Shown here in pieces: positions 1-10,500 of a stretch of 64,000 bases of DNA. Every line of letters starts with the position of its first letter. Positions within the stretch are counted from its first letter, which is position 1. The notes below the pieces were generated by a model. The model worked only from the letters and a program-made list of their open reading frames with translations, was not told where the DNA came from and ran no database searches. Source of the stretch: Patescibacteria group bacterium (GTDB lineage Bacteria > Patescibacteriota > Minisyncoccia > Phycocordibacterales > UBA9973); contig JBBUEH010000002.1 of NCBI GenBank assembly GCA_038078255.1, forward strand, positions 7,534-71,533, given 5' to 3'. A program made the position numbers and the translations under genes.

Positions 1-375
1 TCACCTTGCACCCAGCCGAAATTTTCTTCATTAAGAGGTAGTCTTTAATCTGGAGTAGGGAATAATATTGCTTGAGGTAATTTACTTCTTCCGTTGCGCC
101 CAAATTCTCTTGCCCCCATTCGAGCTTGCGTCCGATTTCGTCGAGTTCACCGGAAAGGAGTGATCCAGAAACATTCTTACAAGAAAGCTCGGAGAGAAGT
201 GAAAATTGTGTTTCCGAAGAGAGAATGTTGATAGCGATTTTGTCTTGAATTGATTTTATTTGATCAATTCTTTTATCACCAAAATAATTACTCAAATAGC
301 TCGCAGTTAGAAAAAGACTGATGGTCAGAAGAAACACAATTAGATATTTTTTCCAATCAATATTGTTGTTATGCA
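1..375 (-). CDS. partial ORF (continues beyond window start): small N-terminally membrane-anchored hypothetical protein downstream of the GT2 gene
   Basis: Open minus-strand frame from ATG at 373-375 (MHNNNIDWKKYLIVFLLTISLFLTASY...). It has a hydrophobic N-terminal helix and runs off the window edge, which is why it is absent from the ORF track. Confidence 0.3.
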
Positions 376-387
376 TTATGGGTTAAT

Positions 388-1641
388 TTATCTCCAGGCT
401 GGTTTCCTGTTTAAAACAGTATTATAAAGCGCTTTTAAAAACCAGAAAGGAGCAAGGAGACGGAAAAGAATCAGGAAGTAAAACATGTTAAAAGAAAATA
501 CCCATTTACCTTCTGCCATTTTTCGCCCAAAAATTATTGCAAAAATAACAAAAGAATAAATAAATAATACTAAGAAAACAGAAGATCGAGTATCTATAAA
601 AAATAAATCGAAATTAAAAGTCGCTAGGCTTAAATTCCACCCCGTAGTGCTCAGAATTATAATTTTTGAATACAAAAAGTTGCCCAGATTGTAAACTATC
701 CTGCCAAAAAGATAACTCACCGCCAGAATAGAAACAACGCCGGTTGGTAAAGTAAAGAGAGCAAAATTCCCATACCTTTTCTTAAACAACACACTGCGAT
801 AATCAATTGTATTATTAATAAATCCGTAAATCCAACGAAGCCTTTGTTTATAGAGTTTCTTGATGGTGGTGGGTGTATTGGTATACACGAATGCATCATT
901 ACAGTGTTCGATTTTATATTCATTTTTTTGCATGCGATAGGCAATTTCCATATCTTCTGTATTGTGACCATGCGCATATGGCCCTAAGTCGTCGAATACT
1001 TTTTTCCTAAAAATCGTCAAGGGGCCCGGAGTCACATTGATTGCTCCCAAAAACCCAAGCATTTTTTTCGTATAAACACCCATGTGGTATTCAGCCTTTT
1101 GCGCCTTTTGTACAAAGTTTTTCGGATTATACACGGTCACCGAAGGAGCAACCGCCATCACACTCGCATCTTTTTCAAAATAACTCATAATGCGAACAAG
1201 GGCTTCGGGATCGGCGAAAGAATCAGCATCCAGACCACCAAAAAAATCTGTCTCCAGATGCTTAAGCCCTAGGTTGAGCGCAGTAAATTTACCACCATTT
1301 TCTTTGCGAAAAACTTTTATATTAGGATACTTTTCAAACTTGCGAATAATACTCCAAGTACCGTCAGTGGATCCATCATCCACCAGAAAAAGTTGGATTT
1401 TATCTTTCGGATAATTTAAATTTAAAAGGGAGCGAATTGTTTTATAAACAGTTTTTTCTTCATTCCAACACGGCACCACGATAGTCACCGCAGGATATTT
1501 AGATAATTTCACGACGCCATTTCGGGTAATTATTTTTTTTCTATTTTCTAAAAAAGTAACCAAGAAAAAGACCTGTACAAAGACAGAGAAAAAAATCAAA
1601 ATATAAAGTACTATATCTCCAGCTGATGCCATATCGCTCAA
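388..1641 (-). CDS. family 2 glycosyltransferase, processive membrane-embedded type (cellulose/chitin-synthase-like)
   Basis: N- and C-terminal transmembrane segments. Carries the DDGSTDGT (D,D,D) motif, the QRLRW (QxxRW) processivity motif and a GT2 catalytic core. Confidence 0.8.
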   Translation of the reverse strand: MSDMASAGDIVLYILIFFSVFVQVFFLVTFLENRKKIITRNGVVKLSKYPAVTIVVPCWNEEKTVYKTIRSLLNLNYPKDKIQLFLVDDGSTDGTWSIIRKFEKYPNIKVFRKENGGKFTALNLGLKHLETDFFGGLDADSFADPEALVRIMSYFEKDASVMAVAPSVTVYNPKNFVQKAQKAEYHMGVYTKKMLGFLGAINVTPGPLTIFRKKVFDDLGPYAHGHNTEDMEIAYRMQKNEYKIEHCNDAFVYTNTPTTIKKLYKQRLRWIYGFINNTIDYRSVLFKKRYGNFALFTLPTGVVSILAVSYLFGRIVYNLGNFLYSKIIILSTTGWNLSLATFNFDLFFIDTRSSVFLVLFIYSFVIFAIIFGRKMAEGKWVFSFNMFYFLILFRLLAPFWFLKALYNTVLNRKPAWR

Positions 1642-1697
1642 TATTAACTCAAGATTAATATAGCATTTATAGAGTTAAATGTAAATCGAAACTATTT

Positions 1698-1991
1698 TTA
1701 CATATTTTGCTCTCCAGCCGGAACCTGGCAAGAAGAACAAGAAGCGCAGGCTGTCATGCATTTCTTGCACTTGCAACCGATAAGCTTCATCACCGCCGCC
1801 ACTCCCACCAAAAGATAAACAACCGCCTCCAGGGTAGCCATGGAACCTAGAATCATGTGCACAACATTCCAAGAATCCATCTTTCCCAAAAGCATCCCCA
1901 GTCCGACCAAACCCCAATTCAACCCTCCGATCACGACTAAAACTTTTATCGTCATCGACACAGCACATCCACCCCATTTGCAATTACACAT
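1698..1991 (-). CDS. DUF378-family small membrane protein with Cys-rich C-terminal tail
   Basis: GGLNWGLVGLGML hallmark of DUF378 and two transmembrane helices. The likely true start is the internal Met (MTIKV, about position 1955). The C-terminus CKCKKCMTACASCSSC is unusual for this family. Confidence 0.55.
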   Translation of the reverse strand: MCNCKWGGCAVSMTIKVLVVIGGLNWGLVGLGMLLGKMDSWNVVHMILGSMATLEAVVYLLVGVAAVMKLIGCKCKKCMTACASCSSCQVPAGEQNM

Positions 1992-2087
1992 ATATTTATT
2001 AATTGTTAATTTATAATACTATTATTATAGCATATTGCTAAAAATATGTTACAATGGGGTTATTAATAATTAATAACAAATAAACTA

Positions 2088-2837
2088 ATGGAGGAAAATA
2101 ATTTAGAAAACAAAATGGCAAGTGTGCAGAATACAAATCAAGGCAATGGCCAGAAGCAGATTGTCGGAGCGATTATAATAGCTGGAATCATTATCGCTGG
2201 AGCAATTTTATTAAAAGGAACCAATACAGGAACCACGGCAGGAACTGGAGGCACCGTGACAAAAGTATCCACGGCTAAAAAAATAGGCCTGAATGTGAAA
2301 TCCTTTCAAGCTTGTTTGGCTAGTGGAAAATTCAAAGATAAAATCCAGGCCGACATTGACGATGGATCGAGGGCCGGCGTAAATGGAACACCCTCTTCCT
2401 TTATACTCAGAGATGGTGTCGTTGTTGACAATATCGGAGGCGCTCAACCGCTTGAACAAGTAATGCAAAAAGTTGCAGATGCATTAGCAAACAAGAAAAA
2501 CCCAACACCAACGCAAGTCAGGCCAGTATCGCCAGATGAGCATATCTTAGGAAATATTAATGCTAAAATAATTATCGTGGAATATTCAGACCTTGAATGT
2601 CCATTCTGTAAAGTATTCCACAACACTATGCATCAAGTGGTTGAAAAAAGTAATGGAGAGGTTGCTTGGGTATACAGACACTATCCAATCGCCCAGCTTC
2701 ATTCAAAAGCTTTTCGTGAAGCAGAAGCAACAGAGTGCGCATGGGAACAAGGAGGGAATGACACTTTTTGGAAATACACTGACAAAATTTTTGAGATTAC
2801 CCCATCCAACAATCGCCTCGAGGAGTCAGAGCTTTAG
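2088..2837 (+). CDS. membrane-anchored DsbA/BdbD-like thiol-disulfide oxidoreductase, rearranged and C-terminally truncated
   Basis: N-terminal transmembrane helix. The DsbA C-terminal signature (ACLASGKFKDKIQADIDDGSRAGVNGTPSSFI...GAQP) occurs BEFORE the N-terminal CxxC block (AKIIIVEYSDLECPFCKVF...FWKYTDKIFE). The ORF then stops without a second cis-Pro region. Confidence 0.6.
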   Translation: MEENNLENKMASVQNTNQGNGQKQIVGAIIIAGIIIAGAILLKGTNTGTTAGTGGTVTKVSTAKKIGLNVKSFQACLASGKFKDKIQADIDDGSRAGVNGTPSSFILRDGVVVDNIGGAQPLEQVMQKVADALANKKNPTPTQVRPVSPDEHILGNINAKIIIVEYSDLECPFCKVFHNTMHQVVEKSNGEVAWVYRHYPIAQLHSKAFREAEATECAWEQGGNDTFWKYTDKIFEITPSNNRLEESEL

Positions 2838-2865
2838 AGAAATAATTTAACATCTTTAAAATAAA

Positions 2866-3126
2866 ATGGGGGAAAAAACTAATTCATGGAAAGCTACTCC
2901 CGAAGAATTGGAAAACTTTAGAAGCAGGGCAGAAAGAACACGGGAAAAACAAAAAGAACATCGAGCACCAGCGAAGAAAGATCTTGAGGCAACTATTTTG
3001 CAAATTGAAGAATGGCTGAAAGATCAAGAACAAAAAAGAAATTCAGGTGAGGAAATAGATAAAACCCAAATTGAAAGAGAAAAAGAAAGACTTGCTCAAC
3101 TTCGACAAGAACTAGAAAGTTTATAA
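2866..3126 (+). CDS. hypothetical charged/coiled-coil small protein (possibly cargo or junk next to the IS element)
   Basis: 86-aa ORF rich in K/E/R/Q with no recognisable domain. It ends exactly at the left hairpin of the IS element. Confidence 0.2.
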   Translation: MGEKTNSWKATPEELENFRSRAERTREKQKEHRAPAKKDLEATILQIEEWLKDQEQKRNSGEEIDKTQIEREKERLAQLRQELESL

Positions 3127-3890
3127 TAAATGAGCAAGGGTAGTCCTTGCTCATTATTTGAGTTTGTGTATAATATATAGATGTATCGTAAAGCTCCATT
3201 TATTGAAAATGAACACTATCATATTTATTCTCGAGGAGTAGAAAAACGAAAAATTTTTCTTAATACAAAAGACTATAACCGTTTTGTGGCTCTTTTATAT
3301 ATTATGAATCAAAACATATCATTTAGAATGGATAATTTTTTGCGTAATGGAGAAAAAGACCTGGGAGAAATTTTCAAAGAGAAAAGGGGGGAAACTTTAG
3401 TGTCAATTCTAGGTTATTGTCTTATGCCAAATCATTTTCATATAATTTTATATGAACACACGGAGGGTGGGATTAGTAAATTCATGGGAAAACTTTTAAC
3501 CGCTTATTCAATGTATTTTAATACTAAATATGAGCGAAGTGGTCCCCTATTTACGCATCCTTTTAGATCAGAACACATTAAAGACGAGCCACAGTATATG
3601 TATATATTTTCTTATTTACACCTTAATCCACTTTCAATCATTTATAAAGAGTGGAAAGAAAATGGTATCAAAAATCGCCAAGAAGCAGAAAAATTTTTGA
3701 GAGAGTATAAATTTTCAAGCTATCAAGACTTTCTAGAAAAAGATCGATTGGAATCAGCAATTATTGATTTTATTCGTATCCCAAAATATATCAAGAATAT
3801 GAAATTAAATATAAAAACACAAGAACAAATATTTTCTGATAAAAGATCCATCGAGAAGCTTTGAGCAAGGACTACCCTTGCTCAAAGCTT
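3127..3890 (+). mobile_element. IS200/IS605-family single-ORF element (RAYT-like), bracketed by mutually inverted REP-like hairpins
   Basis: Left hairpin 3131-3153 is TGAGCAAGGGTAGTCCTTGCTCA; right hairpin 3862-3884 is TGAGCAAGGACTACCCTTGCTCA, the exact reverse complement. The right end extends to a 35-nt palindrome AAGCTTTGAGCAAGG..CCTTGCTCAAAGCTT at 3856-3890. The Y1 transposase ORF lies between them. Confidence 0.75.
3181..3864 (+). CDS. tnpA: IS200-like Y1 (HUH) tyrosine transposase TnpA / REP-associated tyrosine transposase
   Basis: HUH motif in LMPNHFHIIL and catalytic-Tyr region AYSMYFNTKYERSGPLF; typical IS200/RAYT N-terminus YHIYSRGVEKRKIF. Confidence 0.8.
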   Translation: MYRKAPFIENEHYHIYSRGVEKRKIFLNTKDYNRFVALLYIMNQNISFRMDNFLRNGEKDLGEIFKEKRGETLVSILGYCLMPNHFHIILYEHTEGGISKFMGKLLTAYSMYFNTKYERSGPLFTHPFRSEHIKDEPQYMYIFSYLHLNPLSIIYKEWKENGIKNRQEAEKFLREYKFSSYQDFLEKDRLESAIIDFIRIPKYIKNMKLNIKTQEQIFSDKRSIEKL

Positions 3891-5107
3891 TAATCAAAAT
3901 AATTTTTTAACCGTGCTATTTTTTCATGCTGGCGGAGTTTTTCGTGGACCTTCGCTTCGATTTGACGAATTCGTTCACGGGTTACATGAAATTCTTCGCC
4001 TACTCGCTCTAGGGTGTGCTGGATGCCATCTTTTAATCCATAGCGCATTTCTAAAATTCTACGCTCTTTCTCATTTAGTTCATCTAAGACTTCTTTAATT
4101 TGATCAGAAAGAATTCGACGAGAAGATTCTTGATCAGGACGCAAAATTTTATCATCTGGAATAAAGTTCTCCAGTGTTGATTTGTCGTCATCATCCCCCA
4201 CTGGTTGTTCAAGCGATACTGTCTCTTGCGAGATATTTTCAATCACATGAATTTTCTCCACTGGAAGACCCATTTCAGTCGCAATTTCTTCCGCCAACGG
4301 TTCACGACCTAAGTCTTGAGAGAGTCTACGGTGGGTTTGTTTATATTTAGAAATTGTTTCCACCATATGCACCGGTATACGAATAGTTCTCGACTGATCA
4401 GCCAATGCTCGAGTGATCGATTGGCGAATCCACCAAGTCGCATAAGTAGAAAATTTATACCCCTTCGTCCAATCAAATTTCTCTACCGCTTTGAACAAAC
4501 CCAAGTTCCCTTCCTGAATAAGGTCCAGGAGGGTCAGGTTGGCAGACCTGCCGGTATACTTTTTAGCAATAGAAACCACCAGACGCAAATTTGCTCGAGC
4601 TAATAAATTTTTTGCTTCTAAGTCGCCGTGTTCAATCCGTTTTGCCAGTTCCTTTTCTTCGCTTGCATGAATAAGCGGATACTGGCCTATTTCTTTGAGA
4701 TACATTTGAATAGAATCAGACATGATCGACTTGTTGATATCTTTATCAGACTGATCGTTGTCGAGGTTGAGCAGATTCCCCCCCTCCAACACATCGATTC
4801 CAGCAATACCGAATTTTTCATAAAGTTCATCTAAAAATAAAATATTATTTTCAATATCGGGAAAAGTTTTCAATATTTCATCGTAGGTGACGAACCCTCT
4901 TTTGCGCCCTTTTTCTATGAGTTCCTGCGATAAACGATCCAGATTTTCAGCTTTTCTTTCAGCTGAAGACAGTTTTCCGTCTTTTCGGCGGATCGCCGAT
5001 GAGACGATTTTTTTAAAAATCTTCTTCTTTGCTTTTTTGAAAATCTTTTTTTTCTTCTTTATAACTTTGATTTTTTTATTCAATTTTTTATTTTTCTTTT
5101 TTTTCAT
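3890..5107 (-). CDS. rpoD: RNA polymerase sigma-70 factor RpoD with Lys-rich N-terminal extension
   Basis: Regions 1.2 to 4 are conserved ([62 protein letters not shown]). The start codon is ambiguous within a poly-A/Lys tract. Confidence 0.9.
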   Translation of the reverse strand: MKKKKNKKLNKKIKVIKKKKKIFKKAKKKIFKKIVSSAIRRKDGKLSSAERKAENLDRLSQELIEKGRKRGFVTYDEILKTFPDIENNILFLDELYEKFGIAGIDVLEGGNLLNLDNDQSDKDINKSIMSDSIQMYLKEIGQYPLIHASEEKELAKRIEHGDLEAKNLLARANLRLVVSIAKKYTGRSANLTLLDLIQEGNLGLFKAVEKFDWTKGYKFSTYATWWIRQSITRALADQSRTIRIPVHMVETISKYKQTHRRLSQDLGREPLAEEIATEMGLPVEKIHVIENISQETVSLEQPVGDDDDKSTLENFIPDDKILRPDQESSRRILSDQIKEVLDELNEKERRILEMRYGLKDGIQHTLERVGEEFHVTRERIRQIEAKVHEKLRQHEKIARLKNYFD

Positions 5108-6785
5108 GCTTTTTTTTATTTAACTCTTGTATTTCTTGTAATAGCTTGATCTCATCCGATTTGTCTTTGACTGCATGAAGCTCTTTCATTTTCTGCGACA
5201 GCTCTTCGTTTATTTTTTCTGTTTCTAGATTAGTAAGTAAATGGTCAATTTCCTTCTGCAAATCTTCACTATTTTGATAAAATACTTCTGCTTCAAAAAT
5301 TAAATCATCTTTTTCATTTCGGTATTTTTCTAAAGATACTCCCAGAATCTTCTCCAATTCATTATTCTGTTTCCAGAAAGCAATTCCTGCTAGTCTTCTC
5401 TCAATATAATCTTTTCGATACATCTTCGCAAGAGATTCTTCTGCCTCAATAATTTCTTTCTTTTCACTCTTTAACTCTTGCTCGACTTTCTGAAAATCAT
5501 CTTTGAGCGCAGACTCTGAAATTCCTGACAAATCGCTGATTTTTTTTATAAAATGCATTTTTTCTATCGAACTTTCGATGGCTCCGACAAATGGCAGTAC
5601 CTTATCTTTTATTTCTCTGCCAGCTTTGCGCATGTCATCCTTAGAATCCCTTAAAACTTTTTCTAGTATAAATTCTATTATGTGCTTCGAATTTTTTATT
5701 GCTTCTTTCCATGCCTCAGCGCCTTCCTTGAAAATCAAATCTGCTGGATCTACTCCCTCGAGCATTGATGCAACTTTTACATCCATCCCCAAGGATAGCG
5801 CAATGCGACCTGCGCGCAATGAAGCATTGAAACCTGCTTTGTCTGCATCGAATGCTAATACAACGTTTGGAGTAAGACGGCGAATCAGTCCAAGATTAGA
5901 AACTGTATTTTCTTTAGAAAGAGTGCTATCAGCAAGCGCAGTACCAGATGTTGCAATAGTATTTTTATATCCTGCCTGATGCGATAGTACTAAATCCATC
6001 TGACCTTCAACTAAAATTGAGAAATTATTCTTGCGAATAGATTCTTTGGCTTTGTCTAATCCATAAAGCACTGCATTTTTACTAAAAATAGGCGTTTCTG
6101 GACTGTTTAAATATTTCGCTGATTTCCCATCATCTATAAATATCCTACCAGAAAAAGCTATAATTCTGCCAGATGAATCTCCGATTGGGAACATCACTCG
6201 TCCGCGAAATCTGTCATACATAGCCTTGTTCTTATCTTCAGGATGTTTGGCCAACCCTGCTTTTTCTATTTCACTATCAGAAAAATTTTTAGATTTTAAA
6301 TAATCATAGAGTTTACGCCAGTCGAGCAAAGCAAACCCAATTCTGAAATCTTTAATACTTTTTTCTGTTAGCCCGCGAGATTTCAAATATTCTAGCGCTT
6401 CAATATTTCCAGCTAAATTATTTTCAAAAAACAAACTTGCCTCTTCCGTTACTCTGTATAACTTTTCTTTTTCACTTTCGGCTTCCTTCATTTCTTTACT
6501 GTAAACTTCAAGTGGGATTCCAGCTTTATTTGCCAGAAGTTTCAACGCTCCTCTGAAATCCAATCCCTCAAATTCTTCTACGAAAGTAAAGATATCTCCT
6601 GAAGCCCCGCAACCAAAACAATAATAACTTCCTCGATCGGGCGAGACAAAAAAGGACGGAGTTTTTTCGTTGTGAAAAGGACACTTGGCCTTCAGGTTTG
6701 CTCCTGCCCTTTCTAATTTTATATAAGTAGAGACTACTTCTTCGATTGTCAGTCTCTCCTTAATTTGTGAAACGGGTGAATTCAT
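5088..6785 (-). CDS. dnaG: DNA primase DnaG
   Basis: CHC2 zinc finger ([30 protein letters not shown]) and TOPRIM ([25 protein letters not shown]); classic dnaG-rpoD order. Confidence 0.9.
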   Translation of the reverse strand: MNSPVSQIKERLTIEEVVSTYIKLERAGANLKAKCPFHNEKTPSFFVSPDRGSYYCFGCGASGDIFTFVEEFEGLDFRGALKLLANKAGIPLEVYSKEMKEAESEKEKLYRVTEEASLFFENNLAGNIEALEYLKSRGLTEKSIKDFRIGFALLDWRKLYDYLKSKNFSDSEIEKAGLAKHPEDKNKAMYDRFRGRVMFPIGDSSGRIIAFSGRIFIDDGKSAKYLNSPETPIFSKNAVLYGLDKAKESIRKNNFSILVEGQMDLVLSHQAGYKNTIATSGTALADSTLSKENTVSNLGLIRRLTPNVVLAFDADKAGFNASLRAGRIALSLGMDVKVASMLEGVDPADLIFKEGAEAWKEAIKNSKHIIEFILEKVLRDSKDDMRKAGREIKDKVLPFVGAIESSIEKMHFIKKISDLSGISESALKDDFQKVEQELKSEKKEIIEAEESLAKMYRKDYIERRLAGIAFWKQNNELEKILGVSLEKYRNEKDDLIFEAEVFYQNSEDLQKEIDHLLTNLETEKINEELSQKMKELHAVKDKSDEIKLLQEIQELNKKKHEKKEK

Positions 6786-6791
6786 AATTAA

Positions 6792-7079
6792 TTATTTTGT
6801 AAACTTAAATGTAGAAAGAATTTGATCAGCTTTCTCAAAAGAACCGCTAACAGAAACCATAAATCCATCACCGTTTTTATTAAAAACAGCTGGTTGTGTT
6901 GTTGCTTGAGTTGTTGGCTTTGTTTTCTGTAACCAAACAAAATAACCTGTTATCCCCAAAAGTACAACCAGCACCCCAATGAAAACTAGACTAGTAAAAC
7001 CTTTTTGATTATTTTTCATATTGTTTTTGGTTATGTCATTATTGGGCTTATAAAATAATGCTATTTTTAGACTTGACAC
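6792..7079 (-). CDS. small membrane/secreted protein ending in ...ILSTFKFTK (short paralog of the 211-aa protein at 11722-12357)
   Basis: N-terminal transmembrane helix. The C-terminal nonapeptide is shared with ORF 11722-12357, and the nucleotide junction TTTACAAAATAA..(A/G)TGAATTC is duplicated at both loci. Confidence 0.4.
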   Translation of the reverse strand: MSSLKIALFYKPNNDITKNNMKNNQKGFTSLVFIGVLVVLLGITGYFVWLQKTKPTTQATTQPAVFNKNGDGFMVSVSGSFEKADQILSTFKFTK

Positions 7080-7133
7080 ATACTCGACATTTGCTATACT
7101 TTACTCGTAAATGCTTTCCTTGTCGAAAGCTCC

Positions 7134-7158
7134 GAGAAACCCCCGAAAGGGGGTTTCG
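7134..7158. terminator. GC hairpin GAGAAACCCCC-GAAA-GGGGGTTTCG with flanking T-run; a repeat copy occurs at 11286-11312
   Basis: Perfect 9-bp stem directly 3' of the MazF-like gene 7163-7564 (minus strand). It is about 90% identical over about 35 nt to the element at 11268-11330. Confidence 0.55.
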
Positions 7159-7162
7159 TATT

Positions 7163-7564
7163 TTATACAATCTTACCTATTTTTACTTTTATCTCTTTTA
7201 ACTCTTCGTTCTCTATTTTACCCATAAGTCTTAATAATCTTTTTGCGTCAAAAAGTCTAACTTGCGAAAGTATTACCGTTGAATCAGAAAAAGAAATTAA
7301 TCTATGATAATATTTTCCATCTTTATTTTCATTTGAAGTTAAAGGAACTCCTAAAAATATATTATTGTTAAACTTTCTTACAATAAGAATTGGTCTTTCA
7401 AAAGTAGAATTTTTACCATCTTCTTCGTCTCCTATATTTTTACCTATTGATGTAAACCATACATCGCCTTTATGGAAATAAGCTCTTTTAGCTAAAGATA
7501 ATTGTTTTTTATTAATATTCCAATCATCATATTCTTTTTCCATATTTTTATTATCAGGAAACAA
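7163..7564 (-). CDS. MazF/PemK/EndoA-like endoribonuclease (toxin-fold) paralog 1, no cognate antitoxin gene
   Basis: Aligns to B. subtilis EndoA and E. coli MazF along its length ([31 protein letters not shown] vs [59 protein letters not shown] vs VILLEQIRTIDKQRLTDKI..). It overlaps the rpoC stop by 11 nt if the first ATG is used; the alternative start is ATG at 7543. Confidence 0.6.
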   Translation of the reverse strand: [133 protein letters not shown]

Positions 7565-10500
7565 TATTCTTACTTTTAAACCCTGTCCCAGCCGGAATTA
7601 GTCTTCCAATTATCACATTTTCTTTTAGACCTCGGAGAGAATCCACGCCACCCTTGATGGCATTTTCGATCAGCACCCGGTTAGTGTTTTGGAACGAGGC
7701 GGCAGAGAGCCAGCTTTTAGTGCGTAGTGATACTTCCGTAATGCCCAGCACCACTGTTTCGGCTTTTGCTTCTTTTCCACCTGACTGTTCAATTCTGACA
7801 TTCTCTTCTATGAGTGAAGTATTTTCAACGATATCACCGATAGAAAAATTCGTATCGCCTGCATCTTTTATTTTTCGACGAGAAAACATCTGGCGAATAA
7901 TTATTTCTGTGTGCTTTCGAGAAATCGAAGCGCTTTGTAATTCATAAACTTTATTTATTTCACGAATGATATATTCCTCAACAAATTCTTTGCCACCCCA
8001 TTTAAAAATTTCAGCAATATCAGCAGAACCATCAGTCAGAAGCTCTCCCGCTCCAACACGATCCCCTACCTTAACAATAGGCACTCTACGAAAGGCTACT
8101 GTATATTCCATCTCGTTTGGTTTACCATCAACTTTTGTATCTGATAATATTTTGATTACCTTTTCTTTCCCACCTACTCCGCCAGAAGCTGAATCTTTGG
8201 CTGTGATAGAAATAACCTCTCCGTTGGTTTCGGAAATAATTGCCGGATTTTTAGGAATTCTTCTTTCAAATATTTCTTCCACCCGAGGTAGCCCAGTGGT
8301 GATGTCTGTGCCAGCCACTCCTCCAGCATGAAAGGTGCGAAGGGTGAGCTGAGTTCCCGGCTCGCCTATCGCTTGAGCGGCAATGATCCCCACAGCTTCG
8401 CCCTGCTCCACTAGGCGATTCCGCCCCAGATCCAATCCGTAACACTGAACGCAAAGTCCATGAACAGTGTGACAAGTCAGTGGAGAACGAACAAAAACTT
8501 CTGTGAAACCCGCTTCTTCAATGTTGTATGCTTCTTCTTTGGTCACTAAAAATCCTCTCTTATAAACAGTTTTACCATTTTTGTCTTTCAGGTCTCCTGC
8601 TAAGATGCGCCCTCGAATATTTTTGGAAAGCGGAATTTCAATTCCAGAAATATTTTCTTTCGAAACAATCTTCCCTTCTTTAGTACCACAATCTTCTTCA
8701 GTAACAACCACATCCTGCGCCACATCAACCAATCTTCGGGTTAAATATCCAGCCTTGGCAGTATTGAGCGCAGTGTCAGAAGCGCCCTTTCTAGCGCCAT
8801 GAGTAATAACGAAATATTCAATCGGAGAAAGCCCTTCTTGATAACAAGGAATAATCGGAAACTCCAGTGTCCTCCCTTGGTTGTTTTGAATAAGTCCAAT
8901 CATTCCCGTCATTTGCATCAGAGAGCTCATCGTCCCTCGAGCCTTCGAAGTAAATAAATCATAAGTGGAACCGTTTTTTTCAAGCGTATTAGGTAGAACT
9001 TTCTCTAAATTTTTCTTGGTATGTGTCCAAATTTCAATAATTTTTTGATATTTTTCTTCTTCGGAAAGCAGACCTTCGTTCCACTGTGATATTATATCTT
9101 CTTCCAGTTTTTTGCCCTGCGCTATAATTTTGGGTTTCTCGGGGGGCACCGAAACATTATCCAACCCCCAGGTTGTACCAGAAACAGTTGAATATTTAAA
9201 ACCAAAGGCCTTAATCTTGTCTAAAATAGCAGGGGTATCGTCTATGCCATATTGCATAATGAGCTCATCTAGGAGCATGGACAATCTACCTTGGGTCATT
9301 TCATCATTCACATAGAAAAAATTAGAGGGTAGAATACTGTTGAAAAGTAATTTTCCGACAGAGGTGTCAAAAATTTTTCCATTAAATTTTTTGTATTTAT
9401 CTGAATCTGTGGCTAGCACTTTTATCTTCGCTCGAAGAGATACCACTCCGTATTCGTAAGCCAGAATTGCTGTATTGGGATTCGAAAAGTATTTGCCTTC
9501 ACCCTGTTCTCCATCAATATCTTTCGTCATCCAATAAGAACCAAGCACGATGTCCATACTGGGATGCACTATCGGATCGCCATTTTGGGGCTTGAGCAGA
9601 TTCTTATTTGATGCCATCAAATCCTTGGCTTCTCGTTGCGCTTCTTCAAGGAGAGGCACATAGACTGCCATTTGGTCTCCATCAAAGTCAGCATTGAAAG
9701 CCTGACATACTAGGGGGTGAACCTGAATAGCATTTCCTTCAATCAAAATAGGATTAAAAGCCTGGATACCCAGACGATGCAGAGTCGGCGCGCGGTTCAA
9801 AAGAACGAATTTACCTTTAATCACTTCTTCTAAAATGGCCCAGATTTCTCCTCCTCTCTCTTCTATCAATTTATTGGCACCCCGAATATTGAAGGCCAGT
9901 TCGGCGTGTAAAATTTTCGAAATTATAAATGGTTTGAAAAGTTCTAGCGCCATGTGTTTAGGCAATCCGCATTGATTTAATTTAAGTTCGGGGCCAACCA
10001 CAATAACTGAACGACCAGAATAGTCCACTCGTTTCCCGAGCAAATTCTGACGGAAGAGTCCCTGTTTCGATTTCAAGTTATCGGAAAGAGATTTCAACGG
10101 TCGTTTTTGAGACTGACTCATAGCGGCATTATCATTTTGTTTGGCAATAGAGTTGTCAATCAATGCATCCACTGCTTCTTGAATAATTCTTTTTTCATTT
10201 CGCAGAATAACATCCGGAGCGTTAATTTCTTTCAACTTCTTTAAACGATTATTTCTGTTGATCACTCGACGATAAAGATCGTTTAAGTCAGAGGTTGCAT
10301 GTCTCCCCCCGTCTAGCGCCACCATCGGACGAAGGACGGGCGGAATAACTGGAATAGTGGTTAAGAACATCCACTCGGGACGAATTCCCGCATAATTCAT
10401 CGCCCGAAGAAGCGAAAGCCTTTTTTGCAATTTTTCTTTTTCAGCCATACTGGCCTTCTCTAGCATTTTTTCGGTGTGAACTTTTAATTTGTTTAAATCA

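Noticed and set aside
1675-1983. 102-aa alternative-frame ORF
   Set aside because: It overlaps the DUF378 gene, whose frame carries the family hallmark GGLNWGLVG.
7654-9315. Several 60-120-aa plus-strand ORFs (7654-7947, 7966-8331, 8581-8802, 9112-9315) and the minus-strand ORF 8266-8475
   Set aside because: All lie antisense or out of frame within rpoC. The GC-rich stretch at 8266-8475 is the conserved beta' active-site region, not a repeat.
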